IMG/VR virus record: IMGVR_UViG_3300037400_005024
Span: 32,001-96,000 of that record
Source of the DNA: a virus
Lineage: Duplodnaviria > Caudoviricetes
Reading direction: 5' to 3' (one strand)
DNA length: 64,000 nucleotides
Shown piece by piece: positions 20,567-30,340 of the stretch (positions within the stretch are counted from its first letter, which is position 1; the number at the start of each line of letters is the position of its first letter). The notes beneath the pieces are model-generated. The model had not been told where the DNA came from and did not search any database. It saw only the letters and a list, made by a program, of their open reading frames with translations. Position numbers and translations under genes: made by a program.

Positions 20567-20716
20567 CTAAAATGAATGTTTTACTCTGTCGTGTTCTTCT
20601 GCACGCTTAGCATTATTCCACTTTGAAATATCGCCGACTAAATAACCTGTGATTCTTCTAATTCTTGAAAATTTTAAATTCTTTCCTATTACACCGTTTT
20701 CAATCTTTGCTTTCAT
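20567..20716 (-). CDS. nrdD: Stand-alone NrdD glycyl-radical domain (49 aa; not in ORF track)
   Basis: Hand translation MKAKIENGVIGKNLKFSRIRRITGYLVGDISKWNNAKRAEEHDRVKHSF; AGGAG RBS. Confidence 0.9.
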   Translation of the reverse strand: MKAKIENGVIGKNLKFSRIRRITGYLVGDISKWNNAKRAEEHDRVKHSF

Positions 20717-20800
20717 TTTAAAACTCCTATTTACTAATGGTAAAATTATTTATTCAACGGTTTTTACCTTCTATTGCATCCGGACGAGTGGCCTTAAACT

Positions 20801-21331
20801 TTATTTTCCTTGATTTTCAATAAATTTAATAGCTTCCATTGCAATTTCGTTTGGAGTTTTAAAATTACACTTAATTTCTATTTTGTTCTTAATACTAGAT
20901 TTTCCTAGAGCTATTCTAAAAGCATCTATTTCATCTGAGATGTCACTTACTAAGTTTGAGATGTTATTACCATCATCTCGTGCTGCCAATGTGACCGGAT
21001 CATCACTTAATAGGATTAAGAACACATCTGATCTCTTTAAAGATTTTTCAAGTTCTAGAACATAATCACCTGAATATCCTCTATATTTCGGTGAGTATAC
21101 CATTTCTCCAATATGTGATCTGTTAACAATGAAATTAAAATCAGTGTTTAATATTTTAAACATATTTTTATTAATTTCAACTGAAACATCTTTAACTGAC
21201 ATTCCGCCATCAAAAGGTTTTACACCTGAATAATGTAATTCAATACAGTTTTCTCTGTAAAATCTATTTTTAAGAGATTTGATTAGAGTATCTTTACCAA
21301 CTCTATCAGGTCCTTCGATAATAATAACCAT
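20801..21331 (-). CDS. Deoxynucleoside monophosphate (thymidylate-type) kinase
   Basis: IIEGPDRVGKDT P-loop, NRSHIGEMVY. Confidence 0.8.
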   Translation of the reverse strand: MVIIIEGPDRVGKDTLIKSLKNRFYRENCIELHYSGVKPFDGGMSVKDVSVEINKNMFKILNTDFNFIVNRSHIGEMVYSPKYRGYSGDYVLELEKSLKRSDVFLILLSDDPVTLAARDDGNNISNLVSDISDEIDAFRIALGKSSIKNKIEIKCNFKTPNEIAMEAIKFIENQGK

Positions 21332-21400
21332 TTGAAAATTTCCTTTTTCTTTTAATTATAAATCACGAATAATTTATTTTAAAATTAGTCCAAGAATTTA

Positions 21401-21434
21401 AAAAATGCAGAAACTGAAAAGATTCTGCATTTTT
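21401..21434 (-). terminator. Intrinsic terminator
   Basis: aaaaatgcagaa...ttctgcattttt. Confidence 0.65.
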
Positions 21435-21455
21435 TAAATAATTACTCTTTAAGAA

Positions 21456-22631
21456 CTATAACCCATATTCTCTGCTCTTAACTTTAAAATGGATTTTCAT
21501 ATCGTCAGTTCTAATTACGATACCTTCGTGGTTCTTATCTCCATCATAAACTACAAAATGACTACCTTCTGTAAATTTTAAATTATCGACAAATTTCTGT
21601 AAGCTTTCGAGGTCATATCTATTTAGATCAATATCTAAATACTGAACTGTCCTAAAACCTTTAATTCCTGCACCATTAATCATATCGCAATATTCATCAG
21701 GGTTTAAATCTCTTAGGCCATTACGAACTCTATAAACATTAAAATTTTCACCATCCTTATAAATTCCTTTCTGGACTTTTGGGGATGTATATTCACCTTG
21801 TAGAATTAAGTTAGGATGATCTTTAAAAAATGGTTTAAGCCTTTCACAGAAAGCGTACATGTCTTTATCACCTTCTACATTTCTTCCAAAAACTGCAAGT
21901 TCTTTTCCAAAATAAAAAGGATTCTTTAAAGATTTAATATTTAAAAGATGCTTTGTAATTTGATCTTTTAAAGGTACTTTTTTATTTCTATGAATAATCT
22001 TTTTAAAGATAAATTCAAATTCTTTCTTAATTTCTTTAAAGTTGTACTTAATATCTTCAATAACATCTTTTAAAGATCTGTTTTCTAAAAAGACAGTCAT
22101 TGATTTTCCTTCAAGTTTAACCGAAGTGTAGTACTTTTTATCTTTAATCTTATCCAACATTGAAGGATCATTCATTAAGTTGTCTTCATCACTCTTAGGA
22201 ATTAAGTCAACTGGAAAACTTCTAACTCTTGCTAACTCTTTTCCATTAAACTGTTTTGGGCTAGCATCATAACGATCTTCATCTTTTCGAACATTGAAAA
22301 CATCATCATAAACTTCACCAGCTTTAATTTCTGTTTTCAATTCTTCTGAAGTCATCACTAAGCCAAATGAGTATACATTACTCATTTTTATTTTTCTAAT
22401 TAAGAATCCTTTACAACGTTCGTTGTAACAACGCTTTCTTAGAAATTCAAATACTGGAGTTTCTGGAAGAATACTATCAACTTCAAAATAACAAACAACG
22501 TCACCAGGCTTAAGTTTCTTAGAACCAATAACTGTATAAGCATTTTCTTTAAAATGTAAAAGGCCTATTTTATCTTTGCCTTCAATATCATCTACCTTAG
22601 AGATAGTGACACCATAAGCCATATTTCTCAT
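21456..22631 (-). CDS. RNA ligase (Rnl2/DRB0094-like)
   Basis: N-terminal OB domain YFEVDSILP, KLEGKS, LQGEY, EGIVIR, FKVKS. Confidence 0.85.
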   Translation of the reverse strand: MRNMAYGVTISKVDDIEGKDKIGLLHFKENAYTVIGSKKLKPGDVVCYFEVDSILPETPVFEFLRKRCYNERCKGFLIRKIKMSNVYSFGLVMTSEELKTEIKAGEVYDDVFNVRKDEDRYDASPKQFNGKELARVRSFPVDLIPKSDEDNLMNDPSMLDKIKDKKYYTSVKLEGKSMTVFLENRSLKDVIEDIKYNFKEIKKEFEFIFKKIIHRNKKVPLKDQITKHLLNIKSLKNPFYFGKELAVFGRNVEGDKDMYAFCERLKPFFKDHPNLILQGEYTSPKVQKGIYKDGENFNVYRVRNGLRDLNPDEYCDMINGAGIKGFRTVQYLDIDLNRYDLESLQKFVDNLKFTEGSHFVVYDGDKNHEGIVIRTDDMKIHFKVKSREYGL

Positions 22632-22651
22632 TTTAATATCCTCTTCGTAAG

Positions 22652-22984
22652 TTAAACTTTTACAAATTGTGCATTATCTTGTTTATTAAATTTCTTTGGA
22701 ATTTCACCTTGATGCCAAAGATTATGAGTAACGATAATGTCATCAGAATCGAATTTTCTGATTTTAAATTCTTGTCCGCTAAAACCTAAAAATCCATTAT
22801 ATTTTGAAACGTCTTCTGGTTCTTCGCAAACATGATAACAATGTCCATCTATGATAATAGCATCATCATCTAAAGCATTTCTCCAAAAGTCCATCTGATG
22901 ACATTCATCAGAGCAACAACCATTTGCAAATAAAGGATGAGTTGATTTTTTACCACAAACTGGACATTTGAAAATTTTTATCAT
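22652..22984 (-). CDS. Early hypothetical protein
   Basis: CPVCG, TxNLWHQGEIP motif. Confidence 0.7.
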   Translation of the reverse strand: MIKIFKCPVCGKKSTHPLFANGCCSDECHQMDFWRNALDDDAIIIDGHCYHVCEEPEDVSKYNGFLGFSGQEFKIRKFDSDDIIVTHNLWHQGEIPKKFNKQDNAQFVKV

Positions 22985-22996
22985 AAAAATTTTCCT

Positions 22997-23224
22997 TTAT
23001 TCGTCATTGTCGTCGCAGTCGTCGTTTTCAAAAATGATGTCTGGTGCATCAAACCATACAAAATCATTGATATCAACATCTGATGGTTCAGAATCGCAAA
23101 ATACATCTTCAATTAAACGTTCTAGTTCTTCAACTTTATCTTCTTGAACACAACGTTCAAAAACATCCTTAGCACCAGACCAGAATTCAAAATTTTCGAT
23201 GTCAAAATTAACTTTGTACTGCAT
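22997..23224 (-). CDS. Early acidic hypothetical protein
   Basis: FEFWSGA...INDFVWFD; first gene after early promoter. Confidence 0.7.
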   Translation of the reverse strand: MQYKVNFDIENFEFWSGAKDVFERCVQEDKVEELERLIEDVFCDSEPSDVDINDFVWFDAPDIIFENDDCDDNDE

Positions 23225-23269
23225 AACGTTTTCCTTTTTCTTAGTTGTTTAATTTGTTTTTACAGTATC

Positions 23270-23299
23270 ATTATAAACCAAATTTTAGAGAATGTAAAC
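23270..23299 (-). promoter_or_regulatory. Early promoter
   Basis: GTTTACA-N17-TATAAT. Confidence 0.8.
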
Positions 23300-23427
23300 T
23301 ATTTTTTTAAAAATTTTGATATTTACTTAACATTTTTATAAATTGATAATGAGGTTGTTGAGGAGGAATGACGAAAATTGGAAAACAAAAAACCTCCTAA
23401 AAAAGAGGTCTTCGTAAAAAAATCTTT

Positions 23428-24006
23428 TTACTTTCTCTCTTTGTACCAATCAGGTTCATTGCCTTCAAGTGATGAGAATTTAAACATACTATCCATTTTT
23501 TTAACATGTGAAACATCCCATTTTGAGATATCTCCATTGAATTTAGATTCACAGAACATCCAAGACATATTTTCAACACTTGAAACATCCCATTTTGAGA
23601 TATCTCCATTGAATTTAGATTTCTCAAACATATTACTCATATCCTTAACATTTGAAACATTCCACTTTGAGATATCTCCATTAAAGTTAGATCTACAGAA
23701 CATCAATTTCATATTCTTAACTTTTGAAACATCCCATTTTGAAATGTCACCATTGAATTCAGATTTTAAGAACAAACCTTCCATATCTTTAACATTTGAA
23801 ACATCCCATTTTGAAATGTCACCATTGAATTCAGATTTTAAGAACATGCCTTCCATATCAGTAATCTTTGAAGTATCAATAAAGTTAAGGTCACAATTAA
23901 AACCTTGTTCTTCGATTGTATCTTCAATAATTTCCTTCAGTTCATCTTTAGTTTTAGGTTGAACTGTAGTTTTAGATGCTTCATTTAAAAAATATGTAAA
24001 TTTCAT
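23428..24006 (-). CDS. DUF285/BspA-like repeat protein
   Basis: 22-aa repeats FNGDISKWDVSNVxxMxxMF. Confidence 0.9.
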   Translation of the reverse strand: MKFTYFLNEASKTTVQPKTKDELKEIIEDTIEEQGFNCDLNFIDTSKITDMEGMFLKSEFNGDISKWDVSNVKDMEGLFLKSEFNGDISKWDVSKVKNMKLMFCRSNFNGDISKWNVSNVKDMSNMFEKSKFNGDISKWDVSSVENMSWMFCESKFNGDISKWDVSHVKKMDSMFKFSSLEGNEPDWYKERK

Positions 24007-24052
24007 TTTTTACCTCAAAAAATCCACTTAAACAAGTGGATTTTTAAATTAT

Positions 24053-24625
24053 TTAATCTTTGTACCAATCTGGCCCATTGCCTTCAAGAGGTGAGTGTTT
24101 AAACATATTATCCATATTGATAGCATTTGAAACATCCCACTTTGAAATGTCTCCGTTGAACTCAGAATCGTAGAACATATCACTCAAATTGCTAACATAT
24201 GAAACATCCCACTTTGAAATGTCACCGTTGAATTTAGACTGTCTAAACATCAAACGCATCTTTTTAACTCTTGAAACATCCCACTTTGAAATGTCCTTAT
24301 TGAATCTAGAGAACTCAAACATACCTTCCATATTTATAACATTTGAAACATTCCATTTTGAGATATCACCATTGAAGATAGAATTGCAGAACATACATTC
24401 CATATTCTCAACATTAGAAACATCCCATTTTGAGATATCACCGTTGAATTTGGTGTTGTAGAACAATTCACTCATGTCAGTAATCTTTGAAGTGTCAATA
24501 AAATTAAGGTCACAATTATTGCCTTGTTCTTTAATTGTTTCTTCAATAATTTTCTTTAATTCAACCTTATTTTTAGGTTGAACTGTGGTTTTACCTGCTT
24601 CGTTTAAAAAATATGTAAATTTCAT
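24053..24625 (-). CDS. DUF285/BspA-like repeat protein (tandem paralog)
   Basis: Same repeats; likely start MKFTYFLNEA at 24625 after late promoter 24658-24665. Confidence 0.9.
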   Translation of the reverse strand: MKFTYFLNEAGKTTVQPKNKVELKKIIEETIKEQGNNCDLNFIDTSKITDMSELFYNTKFNGDISKWDVSNVENMECMFCNSIFNGDISKWNVSNVINMEGMFEFSRFNKDISKWDVSRVKKMRLMFRQSKFNGDISKWDVSYVSNLSDMFYDSEFNGDISKWDVSNAINMDNMFKHSPLEGNGPDWYKD

Positions 24626-24656
24626 TTTTTTTCCGTATAGTTGTGAAAAACTTTTA

Positions 24657-24974
24657 TTATTTATAATCTGGAAAATCTGAAAGGTCATACCCGGCCTTTT
24701 CAAGTAACTTTTTCAGTTTAGTGTATTCTCTAATATATTTGTTTCTAGTTTTTTCTTCAAACTCACCTTGAATGAACAACTTTAACATTCTAAGTCTTGT
24801 GAAAGGACTGCTTAAGTCCCATTCAGCTGTAAATGAACTGTCTGTTGATGTGTATTTCATTCCGTGTTTTTTGTCGTACCAAACATTACCATCTTTTTTA
24901 AATGTTGACAGGACCGGAATTACACAAACTGCAACTAAACAAACAATTAAAAATATTAAAACAATATTCTCCAT
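24657..24974 (-). CDS. Hypothetical protein with N-terminal TM helix
   Basis: ORF, AAGGAG RBS. Confidence 0.65.
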   Translation of the reverse strand: MENIVLIFLIVCLVAVCVIPVLSTFKKDGNVWYDKKHGMKYTSTDSSFTAEWDLSSPFTRLRMLKLFIQGEFEEKTRNKYIREYTKLKKLLEKAGYDLSDFPDYK

Positions 24975-24986
24975 CTAGCTCCTTAC

Positions 24987-25346
24987 CTATAAAGTGTGAA
25001 CTAAATTCTGGAATTCTGCTGAATCTTCAGACATATCTTCAACAAGATCTTTAGAATCAATGTAACCTTCTTCAACGATAGAAAAATATCTATCCTGGTA
25101 AGAACTGCATGAATTTGATTCAGCTTTATTTAGATTTGAAACAAGTGAGTTAAAAGTCTTAATCTTTTCATTAGGAGAGATCTTCTTAGCACCTCTTTCA
25201 TGCATATAAGATCTACCAGTGTCTAAACCATATCCAAAATAGTCGGTCTTAAAATAATCTACAGTGTGAAAATCTGTGATAGTTTCTCTGGAAGGACGGC
25301 ATATGCCAATTCTTTTAACTCTGATTTTTGCAACTTTAATCTTCAT
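24987..25346 (-). CDS. Early hypothetical protein
   Basis: Behind tandem early promoters; AAGGA RBS. Confidence 0.7.
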   Translation of the reverse strand: MKIKVAKIRVKRIGICRPSRETITDFHTVDYFKTDYFGYGLDTGRSYMHERGAKKISPNEKIKTFNSLVSNLNKAESNSCSSYQDRYFSIVEEGYIDSKDLVEDMSEDSAEFQNLVHTL

Positions 25347-25381
25347 ATTTTAATCCTTTTTTCAATTTATTTTATATTATC

Positions 25382-25490
25382 ATTATAATATAAAAATTTC
25401 GGTTTGTAAACAAATTTTTTAATTTTTTTTTTTAATTTTTAAAATTTGTTTTACATATACATTATAAACCAATTTTTTGGGTTTGTAAAC
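25382..25490 (-). promoter_or_regulatory. Tandem early promoters
   Basis: GTTTACA-N17-TATAAT at 25382-25411 and 25461-25490. Confidence 0.75.
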
Positions 25491-25542
25491 AAATTTTTTA
25501 TGTATTTTATATAATATATAGAAATAAAAGGAATTTAGAAGA

Positions 25543-26364
25543 ATGATAAGATCTCCATTAGTTTATAGTGGTAGCAAATTTTCGTTGATGAAACAATTAC
25601 TGCCCTTATTTCCAAAAAATATAGATACTTTTTATGATGTCTTTTGCGGCAGCTGTACAGTGTCTTTGAATGTTGATGCCAATCATTATAAGTGTAATGA
25701 TATTTGCAAACCGTTAATAGACCTTTATAATTATTTTAAGACTGAATATCAAGAAAACAAATTACAAGAATATATTGAAAAATTTGATCTTTATAATATA
25801 AAAGATGAAGACTTTTATAAAATAAGGGATCTTTATAATTCATCAAAAGACCCTTTGCTTCTGTATATTCTTTCAAGATGTTCCTTTAATCATATGATAA
25901 GGTTTAATTCCAAAAATGAGTTTAATACACCATTTGGAAATTGGTTTAAAATAAACAGAAAGTATCACCATGATTTAGACGTTTTAAAATTCAAAAACAA
26001 AGATTTTTACAGTCAGAATTTTGATGATTTTTTAAATGCTTTTGAATATAAGGAAAATGACTTTATATATTTAGATCCTCCTTATCTGATTACCAATGCA
26101 AATTACAATTCTGGTTGGACAGAAAAGGAAGAGCTGAAATTACTAGATTTTTGCAGTAAGACAAGTGCTAAATTTGGAATTTCAAATGTTTTTGAACACA
26201 AAGGACGTTCAAACGAATTGCTTAAGGAATTTGCAAAGGGATACAATGTGTATTATCTAAATAAATCTTATAATGCTTGGAACAATGCGAGCAAAAATAA
26301 ATCAGACAAAACTGTTGAAGTGTTCATATGTAATTATGAAATTACTGAAGGTTTGGAAAAATAA
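25543..26364 (+). CDS. dam: DNA adenine methyltransferase (D12 class)
   Basis: SPLVYSGSK, DVFCGS, RFNSKNEFNTPFG, YLDPPY. Confidence 0.92.
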   Translation: MIRSPLVYSGSKFSLMKQLLPLFPKNIDTFYDVFCGSCTVSLNVDANHYKCNDICKPLIDLYNYFKTEYQENKLQEYIEKFDLYNIKDEDFYKIRDLYNSSKDPLLLYILSRCSFNHMIRFNSKNEFNTPFGNWFKINRKYHHDLDVLKFKNKDFYSQNFDDFLNAFEYKENDFIYLDPPYLITNANYNSGWTEKEELKLLDFCSKTSAKFGISNVFEHKGRSNELLKEFAKGYNVYYLNKSYNAWNNASKNKSDKTVEVFICNYEITEGLEK

Positions 26365-26451
26365 TAGAATTACATAACAGCGATTGTTTAGAAAGGCACA
26401 CGATAAAAAAAACCTCAATTAAGAGGTTTTTAAATTTTATTCTGAAGGCTG

Positions 26452-27399
26452 TTAAGGCTGAGGCGGAATTTCATCAACTAAGAAATACATTACACCATCA
26501 GTATTTGCATCTTCTTCATTTGTTATTAACTGTATTTTGTTATTAAGTTTATTTTGTAAATTACCTATTTGTAATTTGTTATTAGCAATTTCTGTTCGCA
26601 CAGATGTCATGTCCGTGCTAACATCACTTCTAAATGATTCTATTTTATTGTTAGTGTCATTTTTCAAATCACGGACATTTGAAACAGTTGCAATTTCATT
26701 TCCATTAGAATTTTCAATGTCTGGAACAGGAGCATACGTTTGAACACCATCTTCTGATGATCTAATTCCTAGTTTATAATTTCCACCGTCAACAGTCAAT
26801 TCTGATACTTGAGATACAGAATTTGCTTTAACATTTAAAGATGCTAAATTCTTTAAAGATTGAGTTTTATTTCCTTCACTATCTGTTTCAGTAAAATCAG
26901 TTTGATTCAATTCAACTGTAACTGAATTAGTATTTTCTAAATCTGTTTTTGTTAGGTCTTTTGTTACTGCATCTGTGATGAATTTTGAAACTTTTAAAGA
27001 ACCTGAGAAATTATTATCACCCGTAAAAGTGTTGTCTTTATTTGTATATGCAACATCTTTGATATTAGCCTGAACATACTGAGTTCTGATTTTTTTAGGA
27101 TTTTCAGTTCTAGAAGTTCTCACTAAAACGTCAAAATGATGAAGATCTTCAGAATCTATAGAAACATATTCATTGTTTTCGTTAAAAGGTACCATGTAAT
27201 AAGTACCAATAACCATATCTGAATAATTTTCGGGATTTGAATAATCTTTTGTTGCGTACTGAAAATCGCCATCCTCTAATGCTTTTACACGGTTTTGTAA
27301 TGAGCTAATGTTTGTTTTGTTTGAATCTATTTCTGTTAAATCAATATAACCAACATTGCCATTTTTGTCAGTTATTGCAAGTTCTTTAATCTTTTTCAT
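26452..27399 (-). CDS. Fibre-like virion protein
   Basis: NTFTGDNNF, IATV and coiled-coil fibre motifs. Confidence 0.5.
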   Translation of the reverse strand: MKKIKELAITDKNGNVGYIDLTEIDSNKTNISSLQNRVKALEDGDFQYATKDYSNPENYSDMVIGTYYMVPFNENNEYVSIDSEDLHHFDVLVRTSRTENPKKIRTQYVQANIKDVAYTNKDNTFTGDNNFSGSLKVSKFITDAVTKDLTKTDLENTNSVTVELNQTDFTETDSEGNKTQSLKNLASLNVKANSVSQVSELTVDGGNYKLGIRSSEDGVQTYAPVPDIENSNGNEIATVSNVRDLKNDTNNKIESFRSDVSTDMTSVRTEIANNKLQIGNLQNKLNNKIQLITNEEDANTDGVMYFLVDEIPPQP

Positions 27400-27437
27400 T
27401 TTTGTTGATTTTTAGTAGTTTGCAGGTTCTTTACTAT

Positions 27438-27653
27438 TTATAATTCTAATTTTTTCCTATTTATATTAAACAATGGAAACAAAGCCACATTTAATTTGTT
27501 GTACAATTCTTCTAAGTTAACAAACTTTGTTTCTGAAAGTTGTATAGTATCACCCATTCTAAGTAAAGGTTCTAATACATATTTAAGTGCTTCAATATCA
27601 TATCCTGTTAACAGAACGTTGTATAAATCTGATTTTTCTGCTATTTTTTCCAT
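27438..27653 (-). CDS. Hypothetical protein
   Basis: ORF after late promoter 27675-27682. Confidence 0.5.
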   Translation of the reverse strand: MEKIAEKSDLYNVLLTGYDIEALKYVLEPLLRMGDTIQLSETKFVNLEELYNKLNVALFPLFNINRKKLEL

Positions 27654-27751
27654 TATTTTTCCAAGTGTTTTGAATATTTATATAAATAATAAAAATGACA
27701 ACATCTTTAGTGTCATAACATCTAAAAAGTATACTTAAATAGGATTTTAAA

Positions 27752-28408
27752 ATGCTCAAATTTGAACAACTAATGAATGGTTCTTATTTTGAAAATACTG
27801 AACTATCTGAATCACAAGTAGCATCGTTATTTGATGAACATGCAACTTTTAAAGAAATTATAAAAAATGTCATCGGTTTAGATGATATTGATTTAAACAT
27901 TTTTGGTAATTATCTGTATTATTCATTCTTTGCCGAAACACCAGATGAAGGTGAGTTAGATTTTTCAATCGTTGATGTCATTTCAATGCTCACTGAATTA
28001 AATGATTATAACATTTATCAGGTTGTCAATGATGAATTAAAACATATAATTGCTGACCCTGAGTATTTCATGGAAATTCCATTTGAAAATAACATTGGTT
28101 TAACAGACGTTAATGATTTTGACAATTCGGAATTAGAAGATGATTATTCAGAAGGTGAAATTTCTGAGGCTAAAATTCATATTATGACTGCTAAAACTGC
28201 TAATAAGAAACGTCGTAAATTCTTTACACTTTCTAAAGCACAGTTATTAAGAAATAAGCCAAAGAATAAAATTAAAAATCGTATGAATCGTGCTAAAACA
28301 CGTGCTTACAAACGTGCTAATGCAGCAAAGATTAAACGTTATCAAATTTCAAGACAACGTTTAATTGATAAGGGATTACATAACGTAAAGTTAAGAAGAA
28401 AAGCCTAA
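27752..28408 (+). CDS. Putative prohead core/internal protein
   Basis: Acidic N-terminus, very basic C-terminus, LSE/ISE protease-like sites; late promoter 27681-27688. Confidence 0.45.
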   Translation: MLKFEQLMNGSYFENTELSESQVASLFDEHATFKEIIKNVIGLDDIDLNIFGNYLYYSFFAETPDEGELDFSIVDVISMLTELNDYNIYQVVNDELKHIIADPEYFMEIPFENNIGLTDVNDFDNSELEDDYSEGEISEAKIHIMTAKTANKKRRKFFTLSKAQLLRNKPKNKIKNRMNRAKTRAYKRANAAKIKRYQISRQRLIDKGLHNVKLRRKA

Positions 28409-28449
28409 AATATAAAAGGAAGACTTTAAATATCTTCCTTTTTAATTGT

Positions 28450-28971
28450 TTAGTATTTAGAATTGTATCTTCTGATATTTTCTAAGTTCTTATAATAATA
28501 ATATGTAAAAAGTTCTTTAGATGAAATTCTCAATCCGAGCATCATATTCATAAAGAAATGCCACATATCGATTAGCTCAAACTTAAGTTCCTTTAATTCA
28601 TTTGGCTCTAACTCAGAAATATCCTTTTCACGTAGCTTTAAATGATTTGATTTCCACTTCTTCCAAAGTGCAGATCTTTCCTTTTCTGGTAAATTCATAC
28701 CTGGTAAAGCATCTACAACTTCTCTAAACTCATCATCTAAAGCAATCTTATTATCTCTTAACCAGTCATAAATTTCACCGATCTTTGATAAATCATCAGG
28801 ACACTTATTACCTTCTACAGTTTCTGATAAATGAATTTGTAAAGAATTTTGTGCATTTAGCATGTACTCTAAAGGATCTTTGCCTTTTGATAACAAGTCT
28901 TCATATAACTTGTTACATTCTTTAATCTTTTCGTCGTTAATTAAATTTGCACATGAGTTAAATTCTGCCAT
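28450..28971 (-). CDS. Dimeric dUTPase/dCTPase (gp56-like role)
   Basis: DEFRE, WKKWK, FELIDMWHFFMN, KNLENIRR. Confidence 0.85.
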   Translation of the reverse strand: MAEFNSCANLINDEKIKECNKLYEDLLSKGKDPLEYMLNAQNSLQIHLSETVEGNKCPDDLSKIGEIYDWLRDNKIALDDEFREVVDALPGMNLPEKERSALWKKWKSNHLKLREKDISELEPNELKELKFELIDMWHFFMNMMLGLRISSKELFTYYYYKNLENIRRYNSKY

Positions 28972-28990
28972 TTATTTCTCCTTAATCTCT

Positions 28991-29653
28991 TTAATCTTCT
29001 AAAAACTTAAAATGTCTTTCATAAATGTGAAGTGATCCAACTTGATGAATAATTGGTGACTTGTTTAAATGATAATACTTTGAAAGGTCGTTAAATAATT
29101 TCTCGTAAACGTATCTGTGCCAGAACATGTCATTCTTGTAACCGTAAACAGCATCACAAGAACGCTGATTTACAATATAAATTAAAGTATCATTTCTAAT
29201 TAAAACATGAACTGTTGATGTACACATAAAATCAGACATTCCATCTTTGTTATAATCTTTCCACATACTAGGTCTTGTGTAAATCATCAGGGCTCTTCTA
29301 GAATCTTTATGTCTCTTTAATTCTGAAAGAACATTTTGGTATTGATAACCATTTTCAGATGAGAAAATACACCAACCGTAATTAGAATTTATCAATCCAT
29401 CTTTTGATGAAACTTGTTTCCAGATAGTTGGAGCACCTCCAGGAATGTCAGAAACATTTAAAGATTCTGAAAGATACCACTCTAATTCTCGATTTGCATA
29501 ATCAGTGTTCAGAGTTCCAAAGATAACATCTTCATCAGCTAAATATGAATCACCGATAATTTCAAGAGTTTTAGCACCAGATTTATCAATAATAAACTCT
29601 TGATTTCTATAAAGATTTTTAAAGGTTTCTCTGATATCTTTAACTGATTTCAT
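28991..29653 (-). CDS. gp42: dCMP hydroxymethylase (gp42-like)
   Basis: IPGGAPTIWKQV, INSNYGW, SRRALMIYTRPSM, GMSDFMCT, RSCDAVYGYKND (dCMP-specifying Asp). Confidence 0.92.
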   Translation of the reverse strand: MKSVKDIRETFKNLYRNQEFIIDKSGAKTLEIIGDSYLADEDVIFGTLNTDYANRELEWYLSESLNVSDIPGGAPTIWKQVSSKDGLINSNYGWCIFSSENGYQYQNVLSELKRHKDSRRALMIYTRPSMWKDYNKDGMSDFMCTSTVHVLIRNDTLIYIVNQRSCDAVYGYKNDMFWHRYVYEKLFNDLSKYYHLNKSPIIHQVGSLHIYERHFKFLED

Positions 29654-29755
29654 ATTCTTACTCCTTTAAAGATTTTTATATATTATAATACAGAAAAATG
29701 ACCTTTTTATTAAAAACCAAAAATATTTTATAAACTACTTTCGTACGGCGATTTT

Positions 29756-30088
29756 TTAATAACTATCATCTAAATCATCAATTCTTTTTAAAGCAGATGT
29801 GTAAGTGTCATTTGTTCTTACTTCTTCAATGAAATCTTTGTATACTTCTAAAATCTCCTCATCTTCAAATCCTATATTGTTATTGATAAGTTCCATCTCT
29901 GCTTTTTGAAACATTTTAATTTTTAATAACTCTGGATTTTTTAATAAATTTATAATTTCATTTCTTGAATTTATAGTAAAGAATAATGCTTGAGTAATAT
30001 ATTGTTTAAACAGACAATCAAAAATGCAAAAAATGTAATCTCTTTTACTTCCATCTCTTAATGTTTCAACTAAATCTTGATTAATCAT
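29756..30088 (-). CDS. Hypothetical protein
   Basis: ORF, AAGGAG RBS, middle-type promoter. Confidence 0.65.
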   Translation of the reverse strand: MINQDLVETLRDGSKRDYIFCIFDCLFKQYITQALFFTINSRNEIINLLKNPELLKIKMFQKAEMELINNNIGFEDEEILEVYKDFIEEVRTNDTYTSALKRIDDLDDSY

Positions 30089-30340
30089 TATAGTTCTCCT
30101 TCTTAAAATTTTCTAAAATAATTTTTTTTTATATTATATAAAAAACATTAAAAATTTTTTATGTGTCCAAAAAAAAAAATTTTTTTTTAACCTTAAAGAC
30201 TAATTTTAAACGTGTACTTAAAATTCTTTTTTTTAACTTCAACAAATTCTTCTATCTTTAAAGAAGATTTAGTTATTTCTTCCTCTTCAAAATTTGATGA
30301 TAATGAACAATCTTTCCTTAAAATACAGTCACAAAAAGCA

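Noticed and set aside
23378-24461. 66-bp periodic repeats as a CRISPR array, and the + strand ORFs 23378 and 24189
   Set aside because: The repeats are in-frame DUF285 coding repeats on the minus strand; the + ORFs are antisense shadows; no cas genes.
28991-29653. Thymidylate synthase call
   Set aside because: Motifs match T4 gp42, with Asp rather than Asn at the specificity position.
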